This document shows, piece after piece, positions 10,303 through 20,389 of a stretch of DNA of 64,000 nt; the first letter of the stretch is position 1; each line of letters opens with the position of its first letter. The notes beneath the pieces were generated by a model. The model saw only the letters and a list, made by a program, of their open reading frames with translations, did not search any database and was not told the DNA's origin. A program made the translations under genes and the position numbers. Origin of the DNA: Candidatus Obscuribacteraceae bacterium. Its GTDB lineage: Bacteria > Cyanobacteriota > Vampirovibrionia > Obscuribacterales > Obscuribacteraceae. The stretch is taken from the NCBI GenBank assembly GCA_044226015.1, contig JBGAHS010000001.1:256001-320000 (forward strand), given 5' to 3'.

Positions 10303-11211
10303 TTGAGAAAGCGAAAAGCACAAAGTGCAGTGCTGATTTCACTTGCTTTATGCACCTTTTGCAGCATTCCTGTGGGCGCAGAGGGCAAGAATCACGACGT
10401 GGATGTAAGCAGTCTGAAGGCTGGTTCGAATGTCTACATTGACGCTTTTGCTAACGGTGATGTTGAGAAGTTGCTGTCAATGTGGGAAGACAATGCTGTC
10501 TATACAGATCAATTCGGCAATGTCTATCGTAACAAGGACGAACTCAAAGGGCAGTATGAACAGTTCTTCCAAAAATACGGAGGACAAGCTCTGCAGATAG
10601 ATTTGCAGACTATTGCTTTTCCAACAGATAATACAGCCATTGAAACTGGGACGAGCCGGCTTGTGAATTCTTCTGAGCCCGCAGCGTCCAGTCGCTATGT
10701 GGCGACTCACGTAAAAAAGAACGGAAAATGGCTGTTAGAGAGTGTGAGTGAGACGCCACTCAAAGCAGCTTCCAACGGTGAGTATTTGAAGCCGCTTCAA
10801 TGGTTGCTTGGAACCTGGAAAGCTAGCAACCCGGACGCCGGTACCAGCCTGGAAGTGAATTTGAGTTGGGCAAATCCGAATGTGATTTCCCGACAGTCGA
10901 CCATAACGAAGAAAGATGGTGGAAAAATCAGTCAAACAGAGTTTATTTATTGGAACCCCGAAACTGAATGCATAAGTTCCTGGCAATTTGATGCCAATGG
11001 TGGTACCAGTCGCTCATGGTGGGAGAAATCGGGCGACAGCTGGATAATTCATGCTAGCTCAATTCAGGCAGATGGTTCGCCTTCTAGAGCTGATTACGTT
11101 TTGCATGCAGATGGTGCGGACAGCTTCAGCTGGCAATCGAAGAACAGAGCTCTGGCTGGTGTAGCTTTGCCTGATACCGCGCTTATCAAAGTCACGAAAG
11201 TGAAGAGTTAG
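10303..11211 (+). CDS. Secreted NTF2-like (SnoaL/DUF4440, SgcJ/EcaC-type) protein with second beta-domain
   Basis: TTG start after GGAGG; signal peptide; YIDAFANGDVEKLLSMW...YVATHVKKNGKWLL, then LKPLQWLLGTW second domain. Confidence 0.75.
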   Translation: MRKRKAQSAVLISLALCTFCSIPVGAEGKNHDVDVSSLKAGSNVYIDAFANGDVEKLLSMWEDNAVYTDQFGNVYRNKDELKGQYEQFFQKYGGQALQIDLQTIAFPTDNTAIETGTSRLVNSSEPAASSRYVATHVKKNGKWLLESVSETPLKAASNGEYLKPLQWLLGTWKASNPDAGTSLEVNLSWANPNVISRQSTITKKDGGKISQTEFIYWNPETECISSWQFDANGGTSRSWWEKSGDSWIIHASSIQADGSPSRADYVLHADGADSFSWQSKNRALAGVALPDTALIKVTKVKS

Positions 11212-11225
11212 GAGAGGCACCTGAT

Positions 11226-12764
11226 ATGAAAAAAACATGTTTTATTGCTGTTGCGCTCTCGATGTTCTTGTGTGCCAATTATTTTTCTGCTGACGCTGCC
11301 TTTGCGCGTGGCGGTTTTGGTGGCGGTGGTGGACGAGGCTTTGGTGGTGGTTTTGGAGGAGGCTTTGGCGGAGATCGCGGCTTTGGTGGCGGTTTTGGAG
11401 ATCGCGGCTTTGGTGATCGTGGAGTCGGTGATCGCGAATATGGCGGCTACGGCGATAGAGGATATGGTGATCGCGATTTTGGTGGTATGAGGTCTGACGC
11501 ATATAGAGATTTTGACAGGGCTTTTGATCATCCATTTGAGGCAAACCGTCCTAGCGCATTCACGTCTCCAGGTGAAGTCGCCCCTACCAGCGGGGTGAGC
11601 AGAGCTGTGTCGAATGACACAGGAGTCAGAAATTACGGAACAGTACAACAGCGAGGGTATGTTGGACCGACAAGCGGCGTCGAAAATCACGCTCCTGGAA
11701 CAGTAAACTATCAAGCTGGTTATGCTCCTCGCACGAGTGGTGTAAACTCACGTCAAGCCGAACTAGACAATAATGTGAGAGGCAGCACAGTGCCAAGCCA
11801 ACGTGGAGGGCTAGCACCTACAAGTGGTATCAATTCAAGACAAGCACAGATTGACAATAATGTTCGCAACCCCGGAGCACAAAGAACTCTTGCATCTGAT
11901 GGTGGTTTCTCAGGTGTTATGAACCACGGCGCACTAGCCAGCGGTAACTGGACTAACCGTGTTAGCGCCGAAAGTCTGGCTAACCAGGCTAATCTCGTGC
12001 GCAACAATTTTAGAGACTATAATATGTTTCGCCCTAATTGGTGGGCAAACCACCCAAATGCGTGGTGGAACCGTGAGTGGCACGATTGGTATCCGTGGCG
12101 CTGGTCCACGTGGAACGAATGGGGACCATGGTGGGGTATTGGTGGTGGCATCTGGCCAATCTACTACGATTACGGTGATACCATCACATATGATGACAAT
12201 GGAAACGTAGACTACGGCTATAACTCAGTCTGTAGTGCAAGTGATTATTATCAAACCGCTCAAAGTCTAGCCAATTCTTCGCAGAGTGAAGATGATGACT
12301 CGTTTGGCGCTTCTGCTGCACCTGTGTCGTCGCCCCCGGCGCCGCCGAGCTCGACGGCAGCCACAAAGGAGAACCCGGAAATTCCTGCAAAACTTGCTAA
12401 AGCAAATGCATCTGAGTCGGGTGAGTGGAAGCCATTTGGTGTTTACTCACTTGTACAAGGTGGGCAATCTAGTAGCACTACATTGTTTCAAATTTGCTCA
12501 AACAAAAAGGGGCAAATTAAGGGCAACTACTACAACTGTCTGACGAACGAGATACAACCGATAAATGGCTCTGTCGATAAGAAAATCATGCGTGTTTGCT
12601 GGACAGTCGGTAAAGACAAAGATGTAATCTACGACACGGGGGTTGCTAATTTATTGAGAGAGCAGAGTCCAATCCTGGTGCATTTCTCAAGAGACAAGAC
12701 GCAGCAATGGACACTCGTGCGCTTGAAGGCTCCCGAAGAAGGCGCAGGAAAATCAAAGACTTAA
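11226..12764 (+). CDS. Secreted Gly/Arg-rich, Trp-rich protein resembling planctomycete 'mu-protocadherin-like' hypothetical surface proteins
   Basis: SD AGGAGAG; signal peptide; GGFG/GDRG repeats; W-rich patch; C-domain WKPFGVYSL...GQIKGNYYN...GSVD...WTVG...LVHF...LVRL. Confidence 0.65.
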   Translation: MKKTCFIAVALSMFLCANYFSADAAFARGGFGGGGGRGFGGGFGGGFGGDRGFGGGFGDRGFGDRGVGDREYGGYGDRGYGDRDFGGMRSDAYRDFDRAFDHPFEANRPSAFTSPGEVAPTSGVSRAVSNDTGVRNYGTVQQRGYVGPTSGVENHAPGTVNYQAGYAPRTSGVNSRQAELDNNVRGSTVPSQRGGLAPTSGINSRQAQIDNNVRNPGAQRTLASDGGFSGVMNHGALASGNWTNRVSAESLANQANLVRNNFRDYNMFRPNWWANHPNAWWNREWHDWYPWRWSTWNEWGPWWGIGGGIWPIYYDYGDTITYDDNGNVDYGYNSVCSASDYYQTAQSLANSSQSEDDDSFGASAAPVSSPPAPPSSTAATKENPEIPAKLAKANASESGEWKPFGVYSLVQGGQSSSTTLFQICSNKKGQIKGNYYNCLTNEIQPINGSVDKKIMRVCWTVGKDKDVIYDTGVANLLREQSPILVHFSRDKTQQWTLVRLKAPEEGAGKSKT

Positions 12765-13534
12765 TTGCTTGCTTTTGAACTGTGAATGATTCGATAAGCG
12801 GCCATTGCCGCACCAAAACCATTGTCGATGTTTACGACGCTGACTCCAGCGGCGCAGCTGTTGAGCATGGTCAGTAAAGCTGCGAGCCCATCAAACGACG
12901 AGCCATAGCCAATTGAACTGGGACAGGCAATAACTGGGCAGGCTAAGAGTCCTCCGAGTACACTTGGAAGCACTCCATCCATTCCGGCGATGACTATGCA
13001 TACGCTTGCTTTACGTATCTCAGGCAGAGCTTCCAGAACCCGATGAAGTCCGGCGACTCCAACATCTGCAATCAGGCGGCTTCTGATTGCCGCTGCTTGC
13101 AATATGAGCTCTGCCTCCCTGGCCACGGGAAGATCAGATGTTCCAGCCGTGACTATCGCCACCGTTCCAAGCTCAGTATTTGCTTCTGGTAAAGCTCCCC
13201 AAACAAGAGTTTTCGCTTCGCTGTGATGTTTGACTTCTCCGGCTACCGCATTATTTAGAATCTCTCGTGCTTGTTCCTCACTAGCTCTTGTTGCAAGCAC
13301 GAAATCGTTGTTTGTCAGTAATCGTTCAGCAATTTGATTTATTTGCTTGCTTGTTTTTCCGGGGCAGAAAATAATTTCGGGCAGTCCTTGCCTGAGCTGG
13401 CGATGTTGATCTACTCGCGCAAAACCCAGGTCATTAAAGGGAAGATTCCGCAGCTCAGCCAGAGCTGCATCCGTGCGCAACTCTCCGCTTGCTACCTTTG
13501 CAAGCAAAATGCGCAATCGCTCTTCGAACATCAT
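12761..13534 (-). CDS. larB: Nickel-pincer cofactor biosynthesis protein LarB (PurE-like)
   Basis: DQHRQLRQGLPEIIFCPGKT, TAGTSDLPVAREA, DVGVAGLHR, VVNIDNGFGAA. Confidence 0.93.
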   Translation of the reverse strand: MMFEERLRILLAKVASGELRTDAALAELRNLPFNDLGFARVDQHRQLRQGLPEIIFCPGKTSKQINQIAERLLTNNDFVLATRASEEQAREILNNAVAGEVKHHSEAKTLVWGALPEANTELGTVAIVTAGTSDLPVAREAELILQAAAIRSRLIADVGVAGLHRVLEALPEIRKASVCIVIAGMDGVLPSVLGGLLACPVIACPSSIGYGSSFDGLAALLTMLNSCAAGVSVVNIDNGFGAAMAAYRIIHSSKASN

Positions 13535-14367
13535 TTTGTTTTTTCAACCGGAATATTGGCACCACCTTGCTTGTATCCAGCAAGGTCTAGTGTGACAAAA
13601 CGATATCCAAAGCCGCGCAGTGTTTTTGCGACTTCTTGCATCAGCTCAAAGTTATTCGTTAGCTTTTGCATTTCCGATTGCTCTAGTTCTATGCGAGCGA
13701 TTTGATCATGGTGGCGAACTCTCAGTTGGCGGAAACCTAATGAGTGTAGATATGCTTCTGATTTTTCAATTAGGAGGAGTTTTTCGCGTGTCACTGGTTC
13801 GTTCAGCGGCAAGCGTGAGGAGAGGCATGCCGCCTGGGGGCGGTCCCAAGAGGGCAAGTTTGCTCTTTCAGCAAGCAATCTGATTTCCCATTTCTCAAGT
13901 CCTGCTTGTTGCAGAGGACTCAATACACGAAATTCCTTGGCTGCTTTGTTGCCAGGGCGCGTGTCTTGCATATCGTCCATAATGGCACCGTATGCAATGT
14001 ATTTGATGTCATTGTCGCGAGCAAGATCTTGCAGCTCGCCGAACAATGTTTTCTTGCAGTGATAACAACGTGATGCGTCGTTCTTCTTATATTCAGGGTT
14101 TTCGATTTCGGTGGTTTCAACTTCAATCAAATCAAAATCGAATTTTTCGGCTTGCCTTCTTGCTGCCTCTAACTCTTCTTGAGGTAAACTAGCGGAAATT
14201 GCGATGGCGATTTTAGCTTTCTCTTTTAGCACTTTTCGTGCATAGAACGCTAACAACGAGCTATCGACACCGCCAGAATAGGCGATAATCACGCTGTCTA
14301 ATGCAGCCAATTGCTTTAATAGCTTTTGCTCTTTTTCGTCAATTGATACTGTGGCTAATTCAGGCAT
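13531..14367 (-). CDS. larE: ATP-dependent sulfur transferase LarE (PP-loop)
   Basis: AYSGGVDS PP-loop, RCYHCK, RPG, ACLSSR, RVRHH, TLDLAGY. Confidence 0.92.
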   Translation of the reverse strand: MPELATVSIDEKEQKLLKQLAALDSVIIAYSGGVDSSLLAFYARKVLKEKAKIAIAISASLPQEELEAARRQAEKFDFDLIEVETTEIENPEYKKNDASRCYHCKKTLFGELQDLARDNDIKYIAYGAIMDDMQDTRPGNKAAKEFRVLSPLQQAGLEKWEIRLLAERANLPSWDRPQAACLSSRLPLNEPVTREKLLLIEKSEAYLHSLGFRQLRVRHHDQIARIELEQSEMQKLTNNFELMQEVAKTLRGFGYRFVTLDLAGYKQGGANIPVEKTK

Positions 14368-16301
14368 TATCTAGGTTCCTTAACCAGGGTTCCCCCAACT
14401 AATTTTTCGAGACTGCTGCGAATAGAGGTTTCGTCTTCTTTCTTCGCGCCTTCTCTCAGTTTTTCCAGCTCGCGCATCAAAAGGTCATGATCAAACTCTT
14501 GAGGCTTGCCAACGTGAATCTTCTTGTATTTTGTAGCTGTGAGACCTTCCTCAGCAGTGAGTAGCTCTTCGTAGAGTTTTTCACCAGGACGCAAGCCGAC
14601 GAACTTAATCTCGATGTCGGTGCCAGGTCTCAATCCGGAAAGTCTGATCAGGTCGTTTGCAAGATCTAAAATTTTGCATGGGTCACCCATATCGAGGACG
14701 AATATGTCTCCGTGTGCTCCGAGGGCACCGGCTTGAATTATGAGCTGCACCGCTTCTGGTATCAACATGAAATACCGCACTGCATCAGGATGCGTTACAG
14801 TCACAGGTCCACCGAGTTCTATTTGTTTGCGCCAGGTCGGAATCACTGAGCCACGGCTGTCCAGTACGTTGCCAAATCGCACCATACCAAATTTGGTATC
14901 GGACTTTCTAGCAATGTCTTGTACGACCAATTCCGATACTCGTTTGCTAGCACCCATAACTGAAGTCGGGTTTACGGCTTTGTCGGTTGATACAAGCACG
15001 AAATTCTCGCACTTAAAGTGGTCCGCGAGATTTGCCACGTTGTAGGTGCCGATGATGTTGTTCTTTATTGCTTCGGAGACATTGCATTCCATCAGGGGCA
15101 CATGCTTGTGTGCTGCTGCGTGGAAAACCACTTCGGGTTTGTGTGTGTCAAAAATGTATGAAAGGCGCTCAGCATCTCTAACGTCAGCGATGATGCTCGT
15201 CAGTTTCACCGGTTCAGGTCGGCGACGAAGTTCTTCGAGAATCATGAAGATGGAGTTTTCGCCTCTGCCAAGCAAAATCAATTCAGAAGGCTGAAAGCCC
15301 ATAATTTGTCGCGAGAGTTCACTGCCGATTGAACCACCTGCTCCAGTGATGAGAACGCGCTTGCCCCCGATGTAGTGCGCGATTGAAGCTGTGTCCATCT
15401 CGACCCTTTCGCGACCAAGCAAATCTTCGAGCGACACTGTTCTAAGCTGGTTTACGCTGACTCTTCCATCTATCAGTTCGAAGAGTCCAGGCAGAATTCT
15501 GGTCTCAACTTCTGCTTCTCTGCAGATGTCCACAATGCGTCGAATCTCAGCAGGTGGGGCTGATGGAATGGCGATGATAACCTGATCGACAAAATGCTTC
15601 TCTACATTATTCAGCAGCTGCTTTGTGGTGCCAAATACGGTGGCGTTGCCAATTCGCTTGCCTACCTTCAGTTGGTCATCATCAACAAATCCGACGACGT
15701 CGGTTCCGAGGTCAAGCCTGTGAGAAAGCTCTCTTGCCACCATCTGTCCTGCATCGCCTGCACCCACTACGAGGGCGCGCTTGCGCACTGGCTGTCTCCA
15801 GTGCTTTCTCTGCAAATATTCAGTTTGCATGCGACGAAGTACGCGAGCTGCCACCACAAGCATAAATGTCAAAACAGGCTCTATCAAAATGATGCTGTAC
15901 GCAAGCTGATGTTTCCCGATGCCCAGCAGACCGATTGCACGGGCTATCAGAATTATGGTGCTGACGCTAAGAGTTGCGACCCCTATCTCTACTACTTCGG
16001 CCAGACCAGTGTAACGCCACAGTCTCGTGTACACGCCACAAATCCAGTGTGCAAGCAGGCGCAGTCCGATGAAGATAGGCGCCATGCACAGAAGTTGATG
16101 CCAATACTCGCGCGCTGGTGCTCCGTCAAATCTAATCAAAAAGGAAAGCAGGAGGCTGATTGAGACAAGTGATGCGTCGAGGAGCACTTGCAAGATTCTC
16201 ATCCAGGCAACCTTGCGCACCCACTTGCTGGAATCATCAATCGATTCAACTTGCAGTTGATTACTGCTTTCTGGATTTTCGTTGTCGGAAGACGATGCCA
16301 C
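14367..16301 (-). CDS. CapD/PglF/WbpM-type membrane nucleotide-sugar 4,6-dehydratase
   Basis: Four N-terminal TM helices, GAGDAG, TGAGGSIGSEL, HAAAHKHVP, STDKAVNPTSVMGASKR, RFGNVLDSRGSV, GLRPGEKLYEEL. Confidence 0.93.
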   Translation of the reverse strand: MASSSDNENPESSNQLQVESIDDSSKWVRKVAWMRILQVLLDASLVSISLLLSFLIRFDGAPAREYWHQLLCMAPIFIGLRLLAHWICGVYTRLWRYTGLAEVVEIGVATLSVSTIILIARAIGLLGIGKHQLAYSIILIEPVLTFMLVVAARVLRRMQTEYLQRKHWRQPVRKRALVVGAGDAGQMVARELSHRLDLGTDVVGFVDDDQLKVGKRIGNATVFGTTKQLLNNVEKHFVDQVIIAIPSAPPAEIRRIVDICREAEVETRILPGLFELIDGRVSVNQLRTVSLEDLLGRERVEMDTASIAHYIGGKRVLITGAGGSIGSELSRQIMGFQPSELILLGRGENSIFMILEELRRRPEPVKLTSIIADVRDAERLSYIFDTHKPEVVFHAAAHKHVPLMECNVSEAIKNNIIGTYNVANLADHFKCENFVLVSTDKAVNPTSVMGASKRVSELVVQDIARKSDTKFGMVRFGNVLDSRGSVIPTWRKQIELGGPVTVTHPDAVRYFMLIPEAVQLIIQAGALGAHGDIFVLDMGDPCKILDLANDLIRLSGLRPGTDIEIKFVGLRPGEKLYEELLTAEEGLTATKYKKIHVGKPQEFDHDLLMRELEKLREGAKKEDETSIRSSLEKLVGGTLVKEPR

Positions 16302-16390
16302 TTGCCTTGACCAAAAAATGGAATGTCAAAGTCTAGCATGTCAGTAGACAGCTTACATGTAATGGAGATAAGCCTCGCAGGCGGAAGTGC

Positions 16391-17551
16391 TTATTCGCTA
16401 TCTACAGGCGGTGATTGTAAACCTTTGGCAATCCAGTCTTTTACGATGTCCAGTGGAACGCCGATTAACTTTGCAGTCCCTTCAACAGCCTGTTTGTGGT
16501 TCATATCAAGAGCTCTCAGCTCTTTGTACTGCAAGATTGCTTGTACTTGAAGGTCTCCAGCCTCGCGACGAACTTTCGGTGTAAAGACGATGTTCTGTAT
16601 GACGTAGGCCGAGATTACACCAGCCAGCAGGCATTCCATCGCAGGAATGGGGCGCAGCAAGAGGACTGTACTTGCCGGCAAGGTGCCAAAGAAGATCTGG
16701 CGGAAATTGTTCATCTGGTTCAGATGAGTCAAGTCAGCGAGCTCTTTTCCTCCAGTTATAGAGAGGAAATACATCAACCCAGTTAGCGCTGAAAACAAGC
16801 CAACATAAACCCAGGGTGAGACCCACGGAATTTTCAATTTCTTTGTAGTGACTGAATTATCGTTGCCAACAAAAATTTTGAAACGAGAAGGCGCCCATTC
16901 CTGAGGCTTAAAAGGCTTCTTCGGTTTAACAACCAGGTAGCCGCCTATGATGTAGCAGAAAAACAGCGTTGGTCCGATAAATCTCTGGGCTGGGTCGATG
17001 AACTCAGCTTCATTTGCCAGAAGGAACCAATTGGCGATCATTCCGATAAAAAGGAACAATGGATAACGCCAGGCAACCAGTTTTTTCTCGAGCACGCAAC
17101 CGAAAACCCACCAGAATGCTGCGTTGAGCACATACATCATGGGTCCTAACTGAGCGGTGGTTGCCGCGTAACACATTCCGATGACGGCAAAAATTGGTAT
17201 GCCGGCAAGTGGGTTCGGGGCAGGCGCAGCTGCCGGTGTGCCTCCGCCATTCTTTTTTGGCGCCGGCGGTGGTGGTGCCGCAGGAGCTGGGGCGCCTCCG
17301 CGAAATACCTGAAAGAACTTCTGAGGGCTTATCGAGTGGTCATTGACCCACATGTTAAAGCTAGCTGGTGGCGTGCCATTTGGGATGCCGCGTGCGGCGT
17401 TATCTGCTGCAGCCTTACAATAATTGTTATATTCGATATTCGCGGGGTCACCGACGCTAAAGATACAAGCCATTAATACGAAAAAAGTCAGAACCGGCTT
17501 AATTTCCGGTGGCTTCAATAGTTCTCGTTTGCGCGCGTCAGAATTGCTCAT
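16391..17551 (-). CDS. Rhomboid-like membrane protein, apparently catalytically inactive
   Basis: Rhomboid-like TM pattern N..FWWVFG..LEKKL..WRY; GPT at the GxSG position; no TM6 His. Confidence 0.6.
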   Translation of the reverse strand: MSNSDARKRELLKPPEIKPVLTFFVLMACIFSVGDPANIEYNNYCKAAADNAARGIPNGTPPASFNMWVNDHSISPQKFFQVFRGGAPAPAAPPPPAPKKNGGGTPAAAPAPNPLAGIPIFAVIGMCYAATTAQLGPMMYVLNAAFWWVFGCVLEKKLVAWRYPLFLFIGMIANWFLLANEAEFIDPAQRFIGPTLFFCYIIGGYLVVKPKKPFKPQEWAPSRFKIFVGNDNSVTTKKLKIPWVSPWVYVGLFSALTGLMYFLSITGGKELADLTHLNQMNNFRQIFFGTLPASTVLLLRPIPAMECLLAGVISAYVIQNIVFTPKVRREAGDLQVQAILQYKELRALDMNHKQAVEGTAKLIGVPLDIVKDWIAKGLQSPPVDSE

Positions 17552-17596
17552 AATGTATGGATAAATCTACCTATATTGGATCACATTGTCAAAGCC

Positions 17597-17633
17597 CGGG
17601 CAATAACGTGTCAAGTGGAGACGTTATTGCCCG
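17597..17633. other. 13-bp perfect inverted repeat downstream of leuS (hairpin or terminator)
   Basis: CGGGCAATAACGT...ACGTTATTGCCCG. Confidence 0.7.
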
Positions 17634-17642
17634 AATTGCCGA

Positions 17643-20249
17643 TTAAACAACAATGTTGACTAATCGATCCTTGACGAAGATGATCTTTCTAGGGTCTTGA
17701 CCTTCAAGTTTCTTCTTAATTTTTTCGTCTGACAACGCTGCTTCTTTAGCATCGGGTTCGGGAATACCCTTTTTCACCATTATCTTGTTGACGATTTTTC
17801 CATTAACCTGAAGTACCAATTCAATTTCATCTGCAATGGTCAATGCCTCTGTGAAGCCCGGCCATTTTGTGACGTGAATGGAATCTTTGTCAGATTTTGC
17901 AAAACCGCATTGATGCCAGAGGTCTTCGCTCAAATGCGGTGCCATTGGCGCAAGCACAAGTAACAGGCAGCGAGCAACATAAGCAAGAAGTTCTTTCTCT
18001 TCTTTCGAACATGCCGCCAGTCCTGATGATTCTGCCGAACCATTAGAACCATTTCCGCTTTCCTGAGCCTTCGCCGATGCGAAAGCGTAGAGTTGATTTA
18101 CGAGCTCCATGCAGCGCGCGATCGCTGTATTGAACATATATCGCTCAACACTCAAATCGTCAGTGACAGCCTTAACTGTGCGATGACAAATCTGCAAAAG
18201 AGTCTTTGCCTGCGCTGAGAAACCGTCGAAAGAAGAGATGCCATGCTCGCCAAATTCCTTCTTTGTGTTGGATTTTGGTCCGACGATATCGGCATCAATC
18301 AAGTCTTGCACAAAACGCCAGACTCTTCCGAGGAATCTAAATTGACCGATGGCTCCCTCTTCTGACCACTCCAGCTCTTGCTCTGGTGGCGCCGCAAACA
18401 GAGTGAACAAACGAGCAGAGTCTGCTCCGAACTTCTTAAAGAAGTCTGTGGTGCCCACAACGTTGCCGCGCGATTTTGACATTTTTTCGATGCGCCCGGA
18501 AATGGTTGAGTGTTTTGTGACCATTCCCTGTGAAAGCAAGTTTGTGAATGGCTCGTCGCAGTCAACCAGCCCGCAGTCACGAAGCGCCTTGGTGAAAAAT
18601 CTGGAATAGAGCAAGTGCAAGATTGCGTGCTCAATGCCACCAACGTATTGGTCGACTGGCATCCAATAATCTACCTTGGCTTTATCGAATGGCAATTTTG
18701 TATTTTTAGCGTCTGCATACCGCAGGTAATACCAGCTAGAGTCGATGAATGTATCCATCGTGTCAGTCTCTCTGCGAGCTTTGCCGCCGCAGCTTGGGCA
18801 ATTAACATTCAACCAGGACTCTGTCTTGCCGAGAGGTGAGCCACCTTCTCCAGTGAACTCTACATCGAGTGGCAACTCGACTGGAAGGTCGCTCTCTTTG
18901 ACCGGCACCACCCCGCACTTATCACAATGAAGCAGCGGAATCGGGCAGCCCCAGTAGCGTTGGCGACTGATGAGCCAGTCTCTCAATCTGTATTGAACAC
19001 GCGGTCCGCCACTTTGATTTTCTGCAGCCCACTGAGTCATTTTCTTTTTGGCTTCTTCGTTGCTCAGTCCGTTAAACGAACCAGAGTTAACCATGATGCC
19101 TGGCTCAATCATCGCCTTGCTCATTTCGCCACTTGCTTCGCCGGTTTGTGAAATGACTTCTACGATTGGCAAGTTGAATCTCTTAGCAAACGCAAAGTCT
19201 CTATCGTCATGAGCAGGAACGCCCATTACTGCGCCAGTTCCGTAGCTCATCAAAACATAATCAGCAACCCATACCGGGACAATTTCCCCATTAAATGGAT
19301 TAAGCACAAACGAACCTGTCGGCACTCCAGATTTTTCTTTCTCGGTGCTGCTCATGCGGTCAAGCTCTGTTTTGAGCTTGCTGTCTGCCACGTATTGCTC
19401 GACCTTCGCTTTGTTTTCTTCGGTTGTTAGTTCTTTGACTAATGGATTCTCTGGCGCGAGTACAACGTAGCTGACACCGAATGTGGTGTCTGGTCGAGTT
19501 GTGAAAACTGTGATTTTCACATTTGGCTTGCTTTCAACAGTGAATTGAATCTCAGCGCCTTCAGATTTGCCGATCCAGTTGCGTTGCATTACGCAGACAC
19601 GTTCAGGCCAACCTTTAAGCAAGTCGAGATCGTTCAGCAAGGCATCTGTGTACGCAGTGATTTTCAAGAACCACTGCGACATCATTTTCTGTTCAACTTT
19701 GGTTTCGAGATGTCTCCAGCAGGCTCCGTTTTCAACCTGTTCGTTAGCCAGAACGGTGGCGCAGTCAGGACACCAATTTACTGGAGCACTCTTTCTGTAA
19801 ACCAGACCCTTCTCGTAAAACTTGAGAAGAATGTATTGAGTCCAGTGATAGTAGTCTTTATCGCAGGTGTTGACTTCGCGATCCCAATCGTAACTCGTGC
19901 CCAGTTTCTTCAACTGTTCGTCACGCATGTATTTGATATTTGACTTCGTCCAGCTTTCCGGATGTTTTTTGTTCTTGATTGCGGCATTTTCAGCAGGCAA
20001 ACCGAAAGCATCCCATCCCATCGGGTTGAGAACGTTATAACCCTGCATTCTCTTGTAACGAGTGATTACGTCAGAAATTGTATAAACCCTCATGTGACCC
20101 ATATGCAAGTCACCAGATGGATAGGGAAACATCACGAGAGAGTAGAACTTGGGTCTGCTGTCGTTATCGATGGCTTTGTAGATTCCCAGCTCATTCCAAA
20201 CCGCTTGCCATTTCTCTTCAATTTGCTGCGGATTGTATTGCGTGCCCAT
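17643..20249 (-). CDS. leuS: Leucyl-tRNA synthetase
   Basis: [26 protein letters not shown], editing domain [26 protein letters not shown] at 20249. Confidence 0.98.
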   Translation of the reverse strand: MGTQYNPQQIEEKWQAVWNELGIYKAIDNDSRPKFYSLVMFPYPSGDLHMGHMRVYTISDVITRYKRMQGYNVLNPMGWDAFGLPAENAAIKNKKHPESWTKSNIKYMRDEQLKKLGTSYDWDREVNTCDKDYYHWTQYILLKFYEKGLVYRKSAPVNWCPDCATVLANEQVENGACWRHLETKVEQKMMSQWFLKITAYTDALLNDLDLLKGWPERVCVMQRNWIGKSEGAEIQFTVESKPNVKITVFTTRPDTTFGVSYVVLAPENPLVKELTTEENKAKVEQYVADSKLKTELDRMSSTEKEKSGVPTGSFVLNPFNGEIVPVWVADYVLMSYGTGAVMGVPAHDDRDFAFAKRFNLPIVEVISQTGEASGEMSKAMIEPGIMVNSGSFNGLSNEEAKKKMTQWAAENQSGGPRVQYRLRDWLISRQRYWGCPIPLLHCDKCGVVPVKESDLPVELPLDVEFTGEGGSPLGKTESWLNVNCPSCGGKARRETDTMDTFIDSSWYYLRYADAKNTKLPFDKAKVDYWMPVDQYVGGIEHAILHLLYSRFFTKALRDCGLVDCDEPFTNLLSQGMVTKHSTISGRIEKMSKSRGNVVGTTDFFKKFGADSARLFTLFAAPPEQELEWSEEGAIGQFRFLGRVWRFVQDLIDADIVGPKSNTKKEFGEHGISSFDGFSAQAKTLLQICHRTVKAVTDDLSVERYMFNTAIARCMELVNQLYAFASAKAQESGNGSNGSAESSGLAACSKEEKELLAYVARCLLLVLAPMAPHLSEDLWHQCGFAKSDKDSIHVTKWPGFTEALTIADEIELVLQVNGKIVNKIMVKKGIPEPDAKEAALSDEKIKKKLEGQDPRKIIFVKDRLVNIVV

Positions 20250-20389
20250 GACTGAAAACCCCCTGACAGTGAGATGACGAGAGGATAATTCTCGCCTGTC
20301 CAAAATCTTAGCCCAGAGAAGTTTTTGGGGCAAGAAATTCCCCTGACATGCTAAGATTCTTTAGCTCTTTGCTAAAGCTCCTGTCATGA

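Noticed and set aside
14940..14995. MGASK instead of YxxxK as inactivation of the dehydratase
   Set aside because: Met at this position is normal for the CapD/PglF/WbpM subfamily.
20250..20389. T-box leaders for leuS and tyrS
   Set aside because: The intergenic region is too short and has no T-box consensus.
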